Below, piece by piece: positions 17,394 through 26,544 of a stretch of DNA of 34,114 nucleotides; position 1 is the stretch's first letter; every line of letters starts with the position of its first letter. The notes beneath the pieces were generated by a model. It ran no database searches, was not told the origin of the DNA, and worked only from the letters and a program-made list of their open reading frames with translations. This DNA is from an uncultured Leptospirales bacterium (GTDB lineage: Bacteria > Spirochaetota > UBA4802 > JAFGDQ01), in NCBI GenBank assembly GCA_964631555.1, contig CAZVYR010000006.1, forward strand, positions 1 to 34,114, written 5' to 3'. Position numbers and translations under genes: made by a program.

Positions 17394-17515
17394 ATGTCAA
17401 TAATAGACTTGTTGCAAAATTGGTTTTCCCCCGCCTGCAGCGTGGAAAAATCCTCATATTTTAGGAGAAATGCAACAACTCTATTATACTATTGGACTTT
17501 GTTACTTTTTAAAAA

Positions 17516-19246
17516 TCATTCAACGACACCCTCAGACTGGTTAAACTCCGTATCCCTTTTCGATTTATTAAAATATTTCAGCAGTTCTGTTATCATACGC
17601 GTGGAAACTTTATATTTGCTGTAGGAAACCCCATTGCTGTATTTTCCAGAAGCCAGGATGAGACGTTCTTCACGACTTAAACCTGCGAACATCTGCGGCA
17701 TACTGCCGGTTTTATCTTCCATGTCTCCGTTTATAATTTGAGGTGTCATTGTTTTTATTACTTGTTCAATAAGGTCTATTATTTTAATATCCGTATACGA
17801 ATCCATACCTGGGCCAAAAGATTTCATAGCCTCAAGTGTAATATCACTTCCGCCGGAGAGAGTGTTGTCTATTATTTTATCGAGTGTCTTTTGGTCTGTT
17901 GAGGCTAGAATGAAACCTCTGGTAACCGCATATTCCGTCATCATCTCATCCCCGAACATCTTCGTGATTATATTCGTTTTCCCGGTTTGAGTATCCTTCG
18001 GGAAATTAGTCTTCAGACTGGTACGATGAATATTAACTCCCTTATAAGAGCGCACATTTTCCTGAAATGTATATTCCTTAAAACCTGAAGCCGGATTACT
18101 ATATATAGCAGAATATATTTTCGTGAAACTATTTTGAAGGGCGAGAAAATCCTTCTCTGTTTTATCAGTACTGTATGCAATATTCAGTTGTATCTTTCCA
18201 TCATCCAGGAGCCCGTATTGCAGAGCTATCTCACCAAGATAAAGATCCAGGCTTTTTAAATAAGCAGAAATAAACCCTTCCTCCAGGTTCTTCTGCAGAC
18301 CCGGGTCTCTCCCGACAGCTTCTGCCAGGATGCTCTCGATAAATAACTTGGTCTTTTTAACATCGAAATAACCGGCATAGACCAGGAGTCCGCTGCCCGG
18401 CAGCAACGAAAGACATTTATTTTTATCCGGAGCCGACGCATCGAAAAAGCTGTAAAGCGCTGTATCCCGGACTGCCGAATGTTCGCTTTCAAATGCTATC
18501 ATGCTTTCGTTCAGAGTAATATCAAGCTGGTAATCCTTTGACTGCTGTATAATATCAAATATACCGTACATGAAAACCTTTGCCGCAGTAATCGTTAAAT
18601 TACCTGCCTCATTGCTCTTAAAAGGCAGCAATTCCTTTTTCTCCATGCTGGTTTGCATTTTTTTCAATAATTCATTCAGTTCCGTATTGAAAGTTTCAGT
18701 AATATTGTTGATTTTCACCATAAGCCGTACATCGCATTTTAATTGTTTTTCAGCTATTTCCCTGTACAGCGGAATTTCGTTTTTAGCATGCGGTATAATA
18801 GGCTGAAAATCACTGACTATAATCAGGTTATCAATCTGCATAGACGGAAATTTGATTTTTGGAATCATTTTCCCGGCAATGTCACTGTTTTTAACAGGAA
18901 TGAATATCGCAATGCGCGGACTCTCTTTTTTCATATTAGCTTCATTTCGGCCTCTATAAAAAAGCATAACCAATACAGGCCTTGCATGATCGATGTTCTG
19001 CAAAGCAGGATCACCTATAAACATACCGGCCTGCATCTTCAGCATATTCGGCATGAAATTCACGGGGTCAGTCTCAATAGCTATCTTTTCAATCGTATCC
19101 AGGGTTTTTGTTATGTCCGGTAAAACAGCATAGCCAAGCAACTTATAAGGCTTTTCCTGGGAATGAGCCGGAATTCCAAAGCCAAGAACAAGCACAAATA
19201 TAAATATCATAATTCCGGATTGTATATCCGGTCGTTTCTTTTGCAT
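17516..19246 (-). CDS. Hypothetical exported protein, 576 aa, unknown family
   Basis: It is a long uninterrupted ORF with the signal peptide MIFIFVLVLGFGIPAHSQ. The SD GAGGA lies 7 nt upstream. I recognise no catalytic motifs. Confidence 0.65.
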   Translation of the reverse strand: MQKKRPDIQSGIMIFIFVLVLGFGIPAHSQEKPYKLLGYAVLPDITKTLDTIEKIAIETDPVNFMPNMLKMQAGMFIGDPALQNIDHARPVLVMLFYRGRNEANMKKESPRIAIFIPVKNSDIAGKMIPKIKFPSMQIDNLIIVSDFQPIIPHAKNEIPLYREIAEKQLKCDVRLMVKINNITETFNTELNELLKKMQTSMEKKELLPFKSNEAGNLTITAAKVFMYGIFDIIQQSKDYQLDITLNESMIAFESEHSAVRDTALYSFFDASAPDKNKCLSLLPGSGLLVYAGYFDVKKTKLFIESILAEAVGRDPGLQKNLEEGFISAYLKSLDLYLGEIALQYGLLDDGKIQLNIAYSTDKTEKDFLALQNSFTKIYSAIYSNPASGFKEYTFQENVRSYKGVNIHRTSLKTNFPKDTQTGKTNIITKMFGDEMMTEYAVTRGFILASTDQKTLDKIIDNTLSGGSDITLEAMKSFGPGMDSYTDIKIIDLIEQVIKTMTPQIINGDMEDKTGSMPQMFAGLSREERLILASGKYSNGVSYSKYKVSTRMITELLKYFNKSKRDTEFNQSEGVVE

Positions 19247-19711
19247 ATGTTTTCCTCACATTTTTTACAAAAAATAAATCATCACAACTTTGTAGCAGCC
19301 GAAATATTTAATACTGATCTTGGAAATATTTCAATAACATTTTCTACTAAAATATTTATTGGCCGGCTTATATGTATAATTATTTTTTCAACATTTTCGG
19401 GAAGGGCATAGTTCGCCGGAAAATTTATTTTGTAAATCATTTTATTAGAAAGCACATTATCATTCTATATTTGATTAGTTGCTTTATCGACCGATAGCTT
19501 TAAAAATATCAGGAAACACTTATATCGCTTTTTTCATTAATTTTAAAATACGCAATCAATATTGGAATATTTCGGCAGGTTCAAGCCATGCAGCAAATTG
19601 CTAATATCATTGCGATATAAAGACTGATCCTGATTAATTTTATTATTGGAAAATATTTCCACTTTTGCTGCCAACGTTGCTGAAGCAGCCGGAAAGAAAA
19701 ACAGCGAACAA

Positions 19712-19739
19712 GCAGGGTACAGGCATGCCTGTACCCTGC
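19712..19739. repeat. 28-bp perfect palindrome
   Basis: GCAGGGTACAGGCA|TGCCTGTACCCTGC, arranged 14+14 with no mismatch. It is GC-rich in an AT-rich spacer. On the minus strand it is followed by TTGTTCGCTGTTTTTCTTTCC. Confidence 0.9.
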
Positions 19740-19902
19740 GATTGTCCATCAAACATCTTGCCTTTAATCTTGTTCTCATGCTCATCTTAACCGCTTCAAA
19801 TCCGCTTCAAATCCTAACTTCCTGTTTTTCAATTAACTTGCTTGACATGTGACATAAAAATATAAGCATTTTATCTTTAAAAGTCATTATCCGGAGATAC
19901 TC

Positions 19903-21222
19903 ATGAAAGACCAGCTATATAAAAAAATGGAACCTCTGTTCCACCTTATCGAACATAAGTACACCGACATATCTACCCTTGAGACCCTTCTCATCCAGCT
20001 CGCGCGGGGCAATACCTTCAATACAAGGATAGTCGGTCTTGAGAATATTAAAAAATTCAGGGCAGCCAACCCGGACTGTTCAATAACCTTCAAACCTAAC
20101 CACCTTAGCGAGGCTGATTTTATTTTACTATGTCTTTCCTTCAGGGAAAACAACATGAAGGTTCTTACTGAGGGAGGATCCAATCTTTTTATCAATGGGA
20201 TAGACATATTCAGGGACTTTCTTCCAAAATATGTTGATCCCGGCTTTAACGGAATATATAACGATAAAAAAATAAGCATCGCAGACTACCTTTCATTAAG
20301 GGGGGCGTTCAAGGTAATCAGGGAACCTGGCAAAATTGAACTGGATAACGGCAAAACAATAAAGATCGGCAATAAAGAAATACTCTCCCTGAGCAGGGCA
20401 TACCGGTACCATCTTGTAAAAAATAAAGAGATGTATGTTACATTTCCGGGTTACTCGGTTTTGGAGAACGGCGTGTTCGACATACTTGAAAAAGATGTAG
20501 TTAAAACAGGAAGAAGCTATACAGGCAGAACAGACGGATTCCATCATCTCCCTTTCCAGATGGATATCGAAGCATCACATTACTCAGGCATTGACCTGTA
20601 TATTGTTGACGTTAATATTGCATACGAGCCTGTAATGGAGGATATAAATTTTATTGAATTATTAAAGCTGACAAAATCCGGTTTAAATCAGGAAGAATTA
20701 TATCTTGAGGATATAGGCTATATTGTAAAGGAATTCTGCAGGAACAAGGTCAAAGGCGATCTCTGCATCAAGTTCGGTGATCTTTACAGGATAAATTCCG
20801 GGCGGCTAAAGGACGACTTCTTCAAAATAAAAGTAAAACAATACGCTAAAAAAATCGCTGACCAGACATTCGAAAAAGTCCTTTCAATGCAGCCGGTATT
20901 TCCTGCCAATATATATTTCTCAGCCTTCAGCAGTGATTTCAGCAATGTACCTGAGCAGGCACTGAAAGAAAAAATAAATGAATTAAGAGACCACTTAAGA
21001 AAGCTGATGTTCGGCCAGTATAAAAGAAAGCCGGATATACATTATCTTCTCGATTATGATAATAATATAATTTCCGCTGATGAGATCATCAACAGGACTT
21101 TTCTCAAGTTTAATAATACAGAAAGACAGATTACAGACCTTGACAGCGGCATGTTCGTTATAAACAGAAAAGACGTTGCAATGCAATACAAAAACCACAC
21201 CAGGCATTTTTTCGACTTATAA
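19903..21222 (+). CDS. PlsB/GPAT-like acyltransferase (short, apparently soluble form)
   Basis: 439 aa. It has KPNHLSEADFILL (the HX4D catalytic motif), LRGAFKVIR (cf. GAFFIRR block II) and VKTGRSYTGR (cf. EGGRSRTGR block III). I see no obvious TM segment. The SD GGAG lies 8 nt upstream. Confidence 0.7.
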   Translation: MKDQLYKKMEPLFHLIEHKYTDISTLETLLIQLARGNTFNTRIVGLENIKKFRAANPDCSITFKPNHLSEADFILLCLSFRENNMKVLTEGGSNLFINGIDIFRDFLPKYVDPGFNGIYNDKKISIADYLSLRGAFKVIREPGKIELDNGKTIKIGNKEILSLSRAYRYHLVKNKEMYVTFPGYSVLENGVFDILEKDVVKTGRSYTGRTDGFHHLPFQMDIEASHYSGIDLYIVDVNIAYEPVMEDINFIELLKLTKSGLNQEELYLEDIGYIVKEFCRNKVKGDLCIKFGDLYRINSGRLKDDFFKIKVKQYAKKIADQTFEKVLSMQPVFPANIYFSAFSSDFSNVPEQALKEKINELRDHLRKLMFGQYKRKPDIHYLLDYDNNIISADEIINRTFLKFNNTERQITDLDSGMFVINRKDVAMQYKNHTRHFFDL

Positions 21223-21290
21223 GAATCCGGCGGGTTGTCATAGATCAGAATCCGGGGAGATTTCCTTTGCATGCTTTAATTTAAAATAAT

Positions 21291-21315
21291 CCCCTCCCCT
21301 CCGTTTCTAAAGCCG
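21291..21315 (+). repeat. Dispersed pyrimidine-rich motif, locus 4
   Basis: CCCCTCCCCTCCGTTTCTAAAGCCG. It begins 69 nt after the acyltransferase stop. Confidence 0.8.
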
Positions 21316-21849
21316 GATTGATGTAATTTTATAAAACTGATTTCATTAGTTTTAAAACCGAATATTAAAGTATACGATATAAACGCGTATCCGGAAAATC
21401 CGAATCTCTGTTCCGGATAATAAAAAATCTTCAAATTTAATTAAATATATAATATTTTTAGTGATAAAATAAAAATGAAAAAATATATCTTTTCTTTTAC
21501 TTCCAGGTTATTTTTTTTAAAAATTCACTTGACGATAAGAATCTGTTTAATAGTTGTGTAACTATGATAAAAATCAATTAGTCAAGTTGACTGACTCTCT
21601 ATTTTGCTGTTCTTTACTAAATCGATAAATGGTCAACTTTTATTCAAATACATGCTGTAAAAAAGTCTTCCATGTCTTTGCAACATACAGCAACGTTTAG
21701 CCACATAAGATGGTGACTGTTAAAGAATATCTTTCATGATGCAGCCTCGTTCTACTTAATTTCGAATAAAAATCGGCCTATCAATCTGTTACTAAAGCAA
21801 CACTAACATTAATAGACAGTCAAGCTACCTTGATCTCAGAGGAGAACCA

Positions 21850-22623
21850 ATGCTAAAAAGATACAAAATACAGTTTCCCCAGTTTATTGCGGATAATCTT
21901 GATCAGGATGAAGCATTTTTCTATTTAATAACCGATAGCGGAAAACATAAGATTAAATTTCACGACTACGCAGAAATTTATAACAATCCCGGCCTGTATG
22001 AACAGCTTTTTTATGACCGATTAAAATGCTGTTCCCCCCAAAAAGTTACAGATTCTCTAAAATACACTGTTGATCAAAATAACGAATACTTTTCCCAGCT
22101 GAGAGTTCTCGACTTTGGAGCAGGTAACGGAATGATGGGAGAGGCAATGAAAAAATACGGGATTGCCCGACTTGTCGGTGTTGATATTATTCCTGAAGCA
22201 AAGGAAGCCACAAATAGAGACAGACCGGGATTATACGACGAATACTATGTAAAAGATTTTACAAATCTTACTGAAAGCGACGAAGAGGAAGTCCGGTCAT
22301 GGCATTTAAACTCTCTAATGTCCATAGCTGCGCTCGGATACAACGATATTCCTCCTGAGGCATTCATTAAAGCCCTGAACATAATCTCACCCCAGGGCTG
22401 GGTTGCCTTTAATATAAAAGAATCATTTTTATCACACAGTGATAAAACCGGATTCTCCAGCACCATAAGAGAGCTTATTGCTTCCGATTATTTAAACATC
22501 AACCATATCGAACGCTACAGGCACAGAATATCAATAGAAGGTGACCCGCTGTTTTACTTCACTGTCATCTGCTGGAAGAACAGGGACATTCCGGATTCCT
22601 TTCTATCAGCAATAAATGAATAA
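21850..22623 (+). CDS. Class I SAM-dependent methyltransferase
   Basis: 257 aa. It has VLDFGAGNGMMGE (motif I) and RLVGVDI (the motif II acidic residue). The SD GGAG lies upstream. Confidence 0.8.
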   Translation: MLKRYKIQFPQFIADNLDQDEAFFYLITDSGKHKIKFHDYAEIYNNPGLYEQLFYDRLKCCSPQKVTDSLKYTVDQNNEYFSQLRVLDFGAGNGMMGEAMKKYGIARLVGVDIIPEAKEATNRDRPGLYDEYYVKDFTNLTESDEEEVRSWHLNSLMSIAALGYNDIPPEAFIKALNIISPQGWVAFNIKESFLSHSDKTGFSSTIRELIASDYLNINHIERYRHRISIEGDPLFYFTVICWKNRDIPDSFLSAINE

Positions 22624-23140
22624 GATCTGTTTACAACATAAATTTATCGATACTTCTCTGTTAACTTATCTCAAGTTAAACAGGTATATATCTAAAATGA
22701 TCCGTCAGAGTATAATTTATCCTGAACAAAAACCGCCTCATTATTGATTGTATGTGTATCCAGGCATTATCTTCCACTGACTACTACTATACAAAATATA
22801 TTAGGCCCGGAGAGTCCACGGCTTATTAAAAAGTAATGTCGATTTTATCACTACTTTCTTAGTAACCAGTCTCAACTGTCTGCAGGATATTCTGTTTAAT
22901 GACATTATCAATTTGCCTACTGTATCTGCTATTCAAACTCCATAAAAATATTTGTTGAAAAAAATTATTAATATAAATTGGACATATCAATAAATTTCAT
23001 ATATGATAAACATGCTGTATTAAATGAACAACTGATTATTTTAACTGCTTATTACTGTAATTGACCAGTATAGCAGCCCCGGGTTTCATCCGGGATTATT
23101 TAAAATTTAAATATATTGTTCTGCAAATAGGAGGTATAAA

Positions 23141-23545
23141 ATGGCTGGTTTAAAATCATTTTTTTCAGTGTTGTCTCCCAGGCTGCAAAGTATTATGCGA
23201 ATCGTAGTTGCCCTGCTTTTTATGCAGCATGGAAGTCAGAAACTCTTTGGGATACCGGCTGCCGAGGCACACGGTACTTCTGATCCTTTAATGATAGTGG
23301 CAGGAGTCCTGGAGTTCTTCGGTGGTCTGTTAATCCTCCTGGGTTTGTTTACGAGGCCGATAGCCTTCCTTCTTTCAGGTATGATGGCAATCGCATATTT
23401 TATAGCGCACGCGCCTCAAAGTTTCTGGCCTGCTATAAATAACGGAGAACTGGCAGTCATTTATTGCTTTGTTTTTCTTTACCTTGCTTCGGCGGGAGGA
23501 GGCTCATGGAGCCTGGACAGATGGTGGAGGCATATCGATAACTAA
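23141..23545 (+). CDS. DoxX family membrane protein
   Basis: 134 aa and 4 TM. It has RIVVALLFMQHGSQKLFG and EFFGGLLILLGLFTRP. A strong SD AGGAGG lies upstream. Confidence 0.85.
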   Translation: MAGLKSFFSVLSPRLQSIMRIVVALLFMQHGSQKLFGIPAAEAHGTSDPLMIVAGVLEFFGGLLILLGLFTRPIAFLLSGMMAIAYFIAHAPQSFWPAINNGELAVIYCFVFLYLASAGGGSWSLDRWWRHIDN

Positions 23546-23576
23546 GAGCACTAAAATTCCATGCAATACCTCGCAA

Positions 23577-23605
23577 ACGGACCGGATGTTCTTTATCCGG
23601 TCCGT
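23577..23605. terminator. Strong hairpin between the convergent doxX and VKOR genes (likely a bidirectional terminator)
   Basis: ACGGACCGGAT-gttcttt-ATCCGGTCCGT forms an 11-bp perfect stem. There is no clear U-tract on either side. Confidence 0.5.
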
Positions 23606-23687
23606 ACAGAAAACTCGATGTTTCTTTATCAATCTGGTTCTTAATCAATTTATGGGAATACAGAAGGAAGGTTCTCTAACCTTCTGA

Positions 23688-24920
23688 TCACTTATCCTTT
23701 TTTTTAAACTCATCAATAATAATTTTCTCAAGCACTTCCTCTGGTCTTGTACCGCTTATCCTTCTGTTGGCAATAAAAATCGTAGGTGTCGCCCTTACCT
23801 TGTTTATTCCTGACAAACCGATATCCCTTATGAGCTCATTTGATACATCACCCGAATTCAGTAACCTGATAAATTTATCTTTTTCAGATCCGTAACCTGC
23901 TTTCACCAGAACATCAACTGCTATATCCTGACTGTAACCGGATTTTATTTTTTTATAGAGAGAAAAATGTTTCCTCATATACGGTACAAATATTCCAAGC
24001 TCTGAAGCAGCGAACATTGCACGAGAGGCTAAACAGGAGTTCCCATATACTGTTCTTTTAATACTTTTATTACAATTTGTATCAAGAGGATAATTATAAT
24101 ATGCAAACTTAATTTTATTATTAAATCTCGACAACAGATATTCTTCAACAGTATGAAATTTATAACAATAAAAACAAAGAAAATCAGTAAATACTGTAAT
24201 TGTCAATTCAGCATCCGGATTTCCCGTAATGAGCTTGCTGGGCTCAAGATTTATTATTTCCGGTTTTGTGGAATAATAATCCTGTAAATACTCATATATC
24301 CTATTATCGGTATTCCTGAATCCTGATGCTTTACTCTCGAAGAAGCCTACAGTTAAAAAAATTGAGAGCATTAGCAACACTTGTAAAATAATAAACGATG
24401 CAAATGCGGCACGCGCGTCATGAGAAGTATTCCCTAAACGTAATATTTTTTTTATTAATTCAGTATACTTAATATTTTTTTTTGCCTTAAGGTTTATATA
24501 ATAAAATATAAGAGTAATAAATAATAAAGCATTAGCAACATGCGTTGCTATACACAACTGACAAAATATTTGTAAAACAAGTATTATTATAAAAAGAACA
24601 ATAGAAATAACGAATGAAACCGCGGAGACAGGCAGGAGGACTGCAAGAAAAATACTATAATAGTCTCCCCCGGCTATATCAGATATTAGTAATGATATTA
24701 TAATAAAAGAAAAAAAGAAAATTCCATATGCTGCAACTGGAATATTAAAAAGCGTGGAATACGCAGACAAGCTTAATACACGGCAATGATTATCACTACC
24801 TTCACCACAGAAAAAACTCGTTAGGCCGGAATTTAAATTATAATGCTGGATCAATAGCAAACAGGAAACCATTAAACCAATAGCTGCAAGTACAAGCGCA
24901 ATATTAAGATATTTCTTCAT
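23688..24920 (-). CDS. Vitamin K epoxide reductase (VKOR) domain fused to a DsbA/thioredoxin-like domain
   Basis: 410 aa. It has the loop cysteine pair FFCGEGSDNHC and the membrane CXXC (FCQLCIATH) of VKOR. The C-terminal soluble domain carries FTDFLCFYCYKFH, a thioredoxin-fold CXXC. Confidence 0.8.
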   Translation of the reverse strand: MKKYLNIALVLAAIGLMVSCLLLIQHYNLNSGLTSFFCGEGSDNHCRVLSLSAYSTLFNIPVAAYGIFFFSFIIISLLISDIAGGDYYSIFLAVLLPVSAVSFVISIVLFIIILVLQIFCQLCIATHVANALLFITLIFYYINLKAKKNIKYTELIKKILRLGNTSHDARAAFASFIILQVLLMLSIFLTVGFFESKASGFRNTDNRIYEYLQDYYSTKPEIINLEPSKLITGNPDAELTITVFTDFLCFYCYKFHTVEEYLLSRFNNKIKFAYYNYPLDTNCNKSIKRTVYGNSCLASRAMFAASELGIFVPYMRKHFSLYKKIKSGYSQDIAVDVLVKAGYGSEKDKFIRLLNSGDVSNELIRDIGLSGINKVRATPTIFIANRRISGTRPEEVLEKIIIDEFKKKDK

Positions 24921-25058
24921 AGCACGCAGTTCCTTAAATCCTGATCATCTCACTAATGCTACTAAGATATTCTTTTCTATTAAGTTGCATGAGTTGCATT
25001 TCTATTAAAAACATTGAAAACCGGTTATATACATATATTTATATAAATAATCGCAATT

Positions 25059-26522
25059 TTAATACTTCACGCGGGCTTTTTTTCTTAAAAGAAATCCGGT
25101 AAAAAATAAAATAAAAAACAAAAGCATGCCTGGTCCTAAAACATGAATCATTGTTGTATTTAACAAGGAACGTAAATAAGTCTGCATTAATGGAGATTTG
25201 ACAATTTCAGGTGAAATTACCATTATATTTACAAATAAAAATATACCCAGGAAAAAACAGATTATCAACAAAGAAGGATAAATTAAAATATTCTTTACAC
25301 GTCTGTACCTGTTTCCTTTTTTTGAAAAAATAACCGGAAGAAATAAAAGCAAGGCAATCGCAGGCAGGATAAATTTTAAATATTTACCAAACGTTAAGAT
25401 TATCATAACAAGCCGGGTTAGTTTAGCATTTTCCCCTGTAAGTATACCAGGATTAACTCTGATAATGCCATCCCTTATTGACACGTTCATTTTTTTAAAA
25501 AAAGACCTGCCTATCATCTCAGCCAAACCACTTTCGGAAAAAGCAAACAGCTTTATAAAGACATTCTTGTTTTTCAGATCTTTAAGCTTCTGTATCCTGT
25601 CGATAAATACCTGGCTTAAAAGATGCCTTTTCTGCATTACCCCGTTAACTTCATCATCTACCCAGAGGCTTATTGATATTTCAGGGAGCCTGACATTCAG
25701 ATTATCCTCCTGCCCGGAGATAAAACCGTCTAGCCTGTCTGTATAAATATTCCCGGCATTCTTCTGTTCAAAATAATCAGTAAAAAAGTTAATTATCTTT
25801 TCAATCTCAAATTTAACGTTCTTATCGATTAACTTACTGTTAAGCTCTTCAGTGAGGATCGGGCTCAGTATCCTTAAGTCAGAAAAAAGCCTGCCTTCAA
25901 AGGAATCCTTATGTGACAGAATAATGTCCCTTGCATCTTCTTCCTTATCCTTCAGGGTATCCTCAGCTTCTTCATAATTATCTTCCAGGACTTCAAGCTC
26001 ATCTTCTGTTTTTTTGATAATATCTTTATTGTTTTTTCTATAAACGTCAATTTCATTTAATTCTTTATCGATTCTTTCTAATCCAGTTTCCTTGAACTTA
26101 GTGAAGTCTTCCGGAGAATGAATATGTGAAGGAGCACGGTTATATGAAAGCCCTGATAACTCATCCCTTTCTTTGATTAATCTTTCATATTCATCATGCC
26201 TGGTGATTTTTTTAAATTCTTCTGATTTTCGCTCATATTCCGCTTTTATAGAGACATATAATGTCCTGAATTTTTCGAGATGGACCTTATCCTCTATTTC
26301 TCTTTTGATTTTCTCTTCAACATGCCATTTTTCAGCATTAATATAAGTTTCAATAAAATCCGCGTTTCTTAAAATACTGGTATAAAAATAACTGCATGTT
26401 AATTGAGTAAACAGAAGACTCAGCAATAAAAAAAGCGGTATAAGAATAAACGCTGATATATAAAACAAAATAAATAAAAAACCGCTTTTTCTATTGTGAG
26501 ATATATCTTTTTCAATAGACAT
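25059..26522 (-). CDS. Hypothetical membrane protein with a central acidic coiled-coil region
   Basis: 487 aa. It has one N-terminal TM, ~330 aa of K/E/D-rich helical sequence, then 3-4 C-terminal TMs. It starts 22 nt after the class II aldolase stop and has no SD of its own. Confidence 0.65.
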   Translation of the reverse strand: MSIEKDISHNRKSGFLFILFYISAFILIPLFLLLSLLFTQLTCSYFYTSILRNADFIETYINAEKWHVEEKIKREIEDKVHLEKFRTLYVSIKAEYERKSEEFKKITRHDEYERLIKERDELSGLSYNRAPSHIHSPEDFTKFKETGLERIDKELNEIDVYRKNNKDIIKKTEDELEVLEDNYEEAEDTLKDKEEDARDIILSHKDSFEGRLFSDLRILSPILTEELNSKLIDKNVKFEIEKIINFFTDYFEQKNAGNIYTDRLDGFISGQEDNLNVRLPEISISLWVDDEVNGVMQKRHLLSQVFIDRIQKLKDLKNKNVFIKLFAFSESGLAEMIGRSFFKKMNVSIRDGIIRVNPGILTGENAKLTRLVMIILTFGKYLKFILPAIALLLFLPVIFSKKGNRYRRVKNILIYPSLLIICFFLGIFLFVNIMVISPEIVKSPLMQTYLRSLLNTTMIHVLGPGMLLFFILFFTGFLLRKKARVKY

Positions 26523-26544
26523 AATAATGTTAACCAGTCAAAGA

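Noticed and set aside
17394-17624. A 76-aa + strand ORF starting right after the TauE stop codon.
   Set aside because: It overlaps the 3' end of the convergent 576-aa gene by 109 nt, has no SD, and has an implausible composition.
19543-19852. Two overlapping small ORFs (80 aa on the minus strand, 68 aa on the + strand) spanning the 28-bp palindrome.
   Set aside because: Both read straight through a perfect hairpin, lack convincing ribosome-binding sites, and overlap each other on opposite strands.
21475-21561. A 28-codon hydrophobic and basic micro-ORF (MKKYIFSFTSRLFFLKIHLTIRICLIVV), considered as a type I toxin.
   Set aside because: It has no SD, no identifiable antisense RNA or terminator, and lies in very AT-rich sequence where such ORFs arise by chance.
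23688-26522. A markedly AT-rich block, considered as a horizontally acquired island. For example, the 60-nt line at 24541 has 15 G+C, against 39 G+C in the line at 30901 inside alaS.
   Set aside because: The block consists of two membrane proteins rich in Ile, Phe, Leu, Lys and Asn codons. No mobility genes or flanking repeats are present. Proper windowed GC and codon-usage statistics are needed before any claim.
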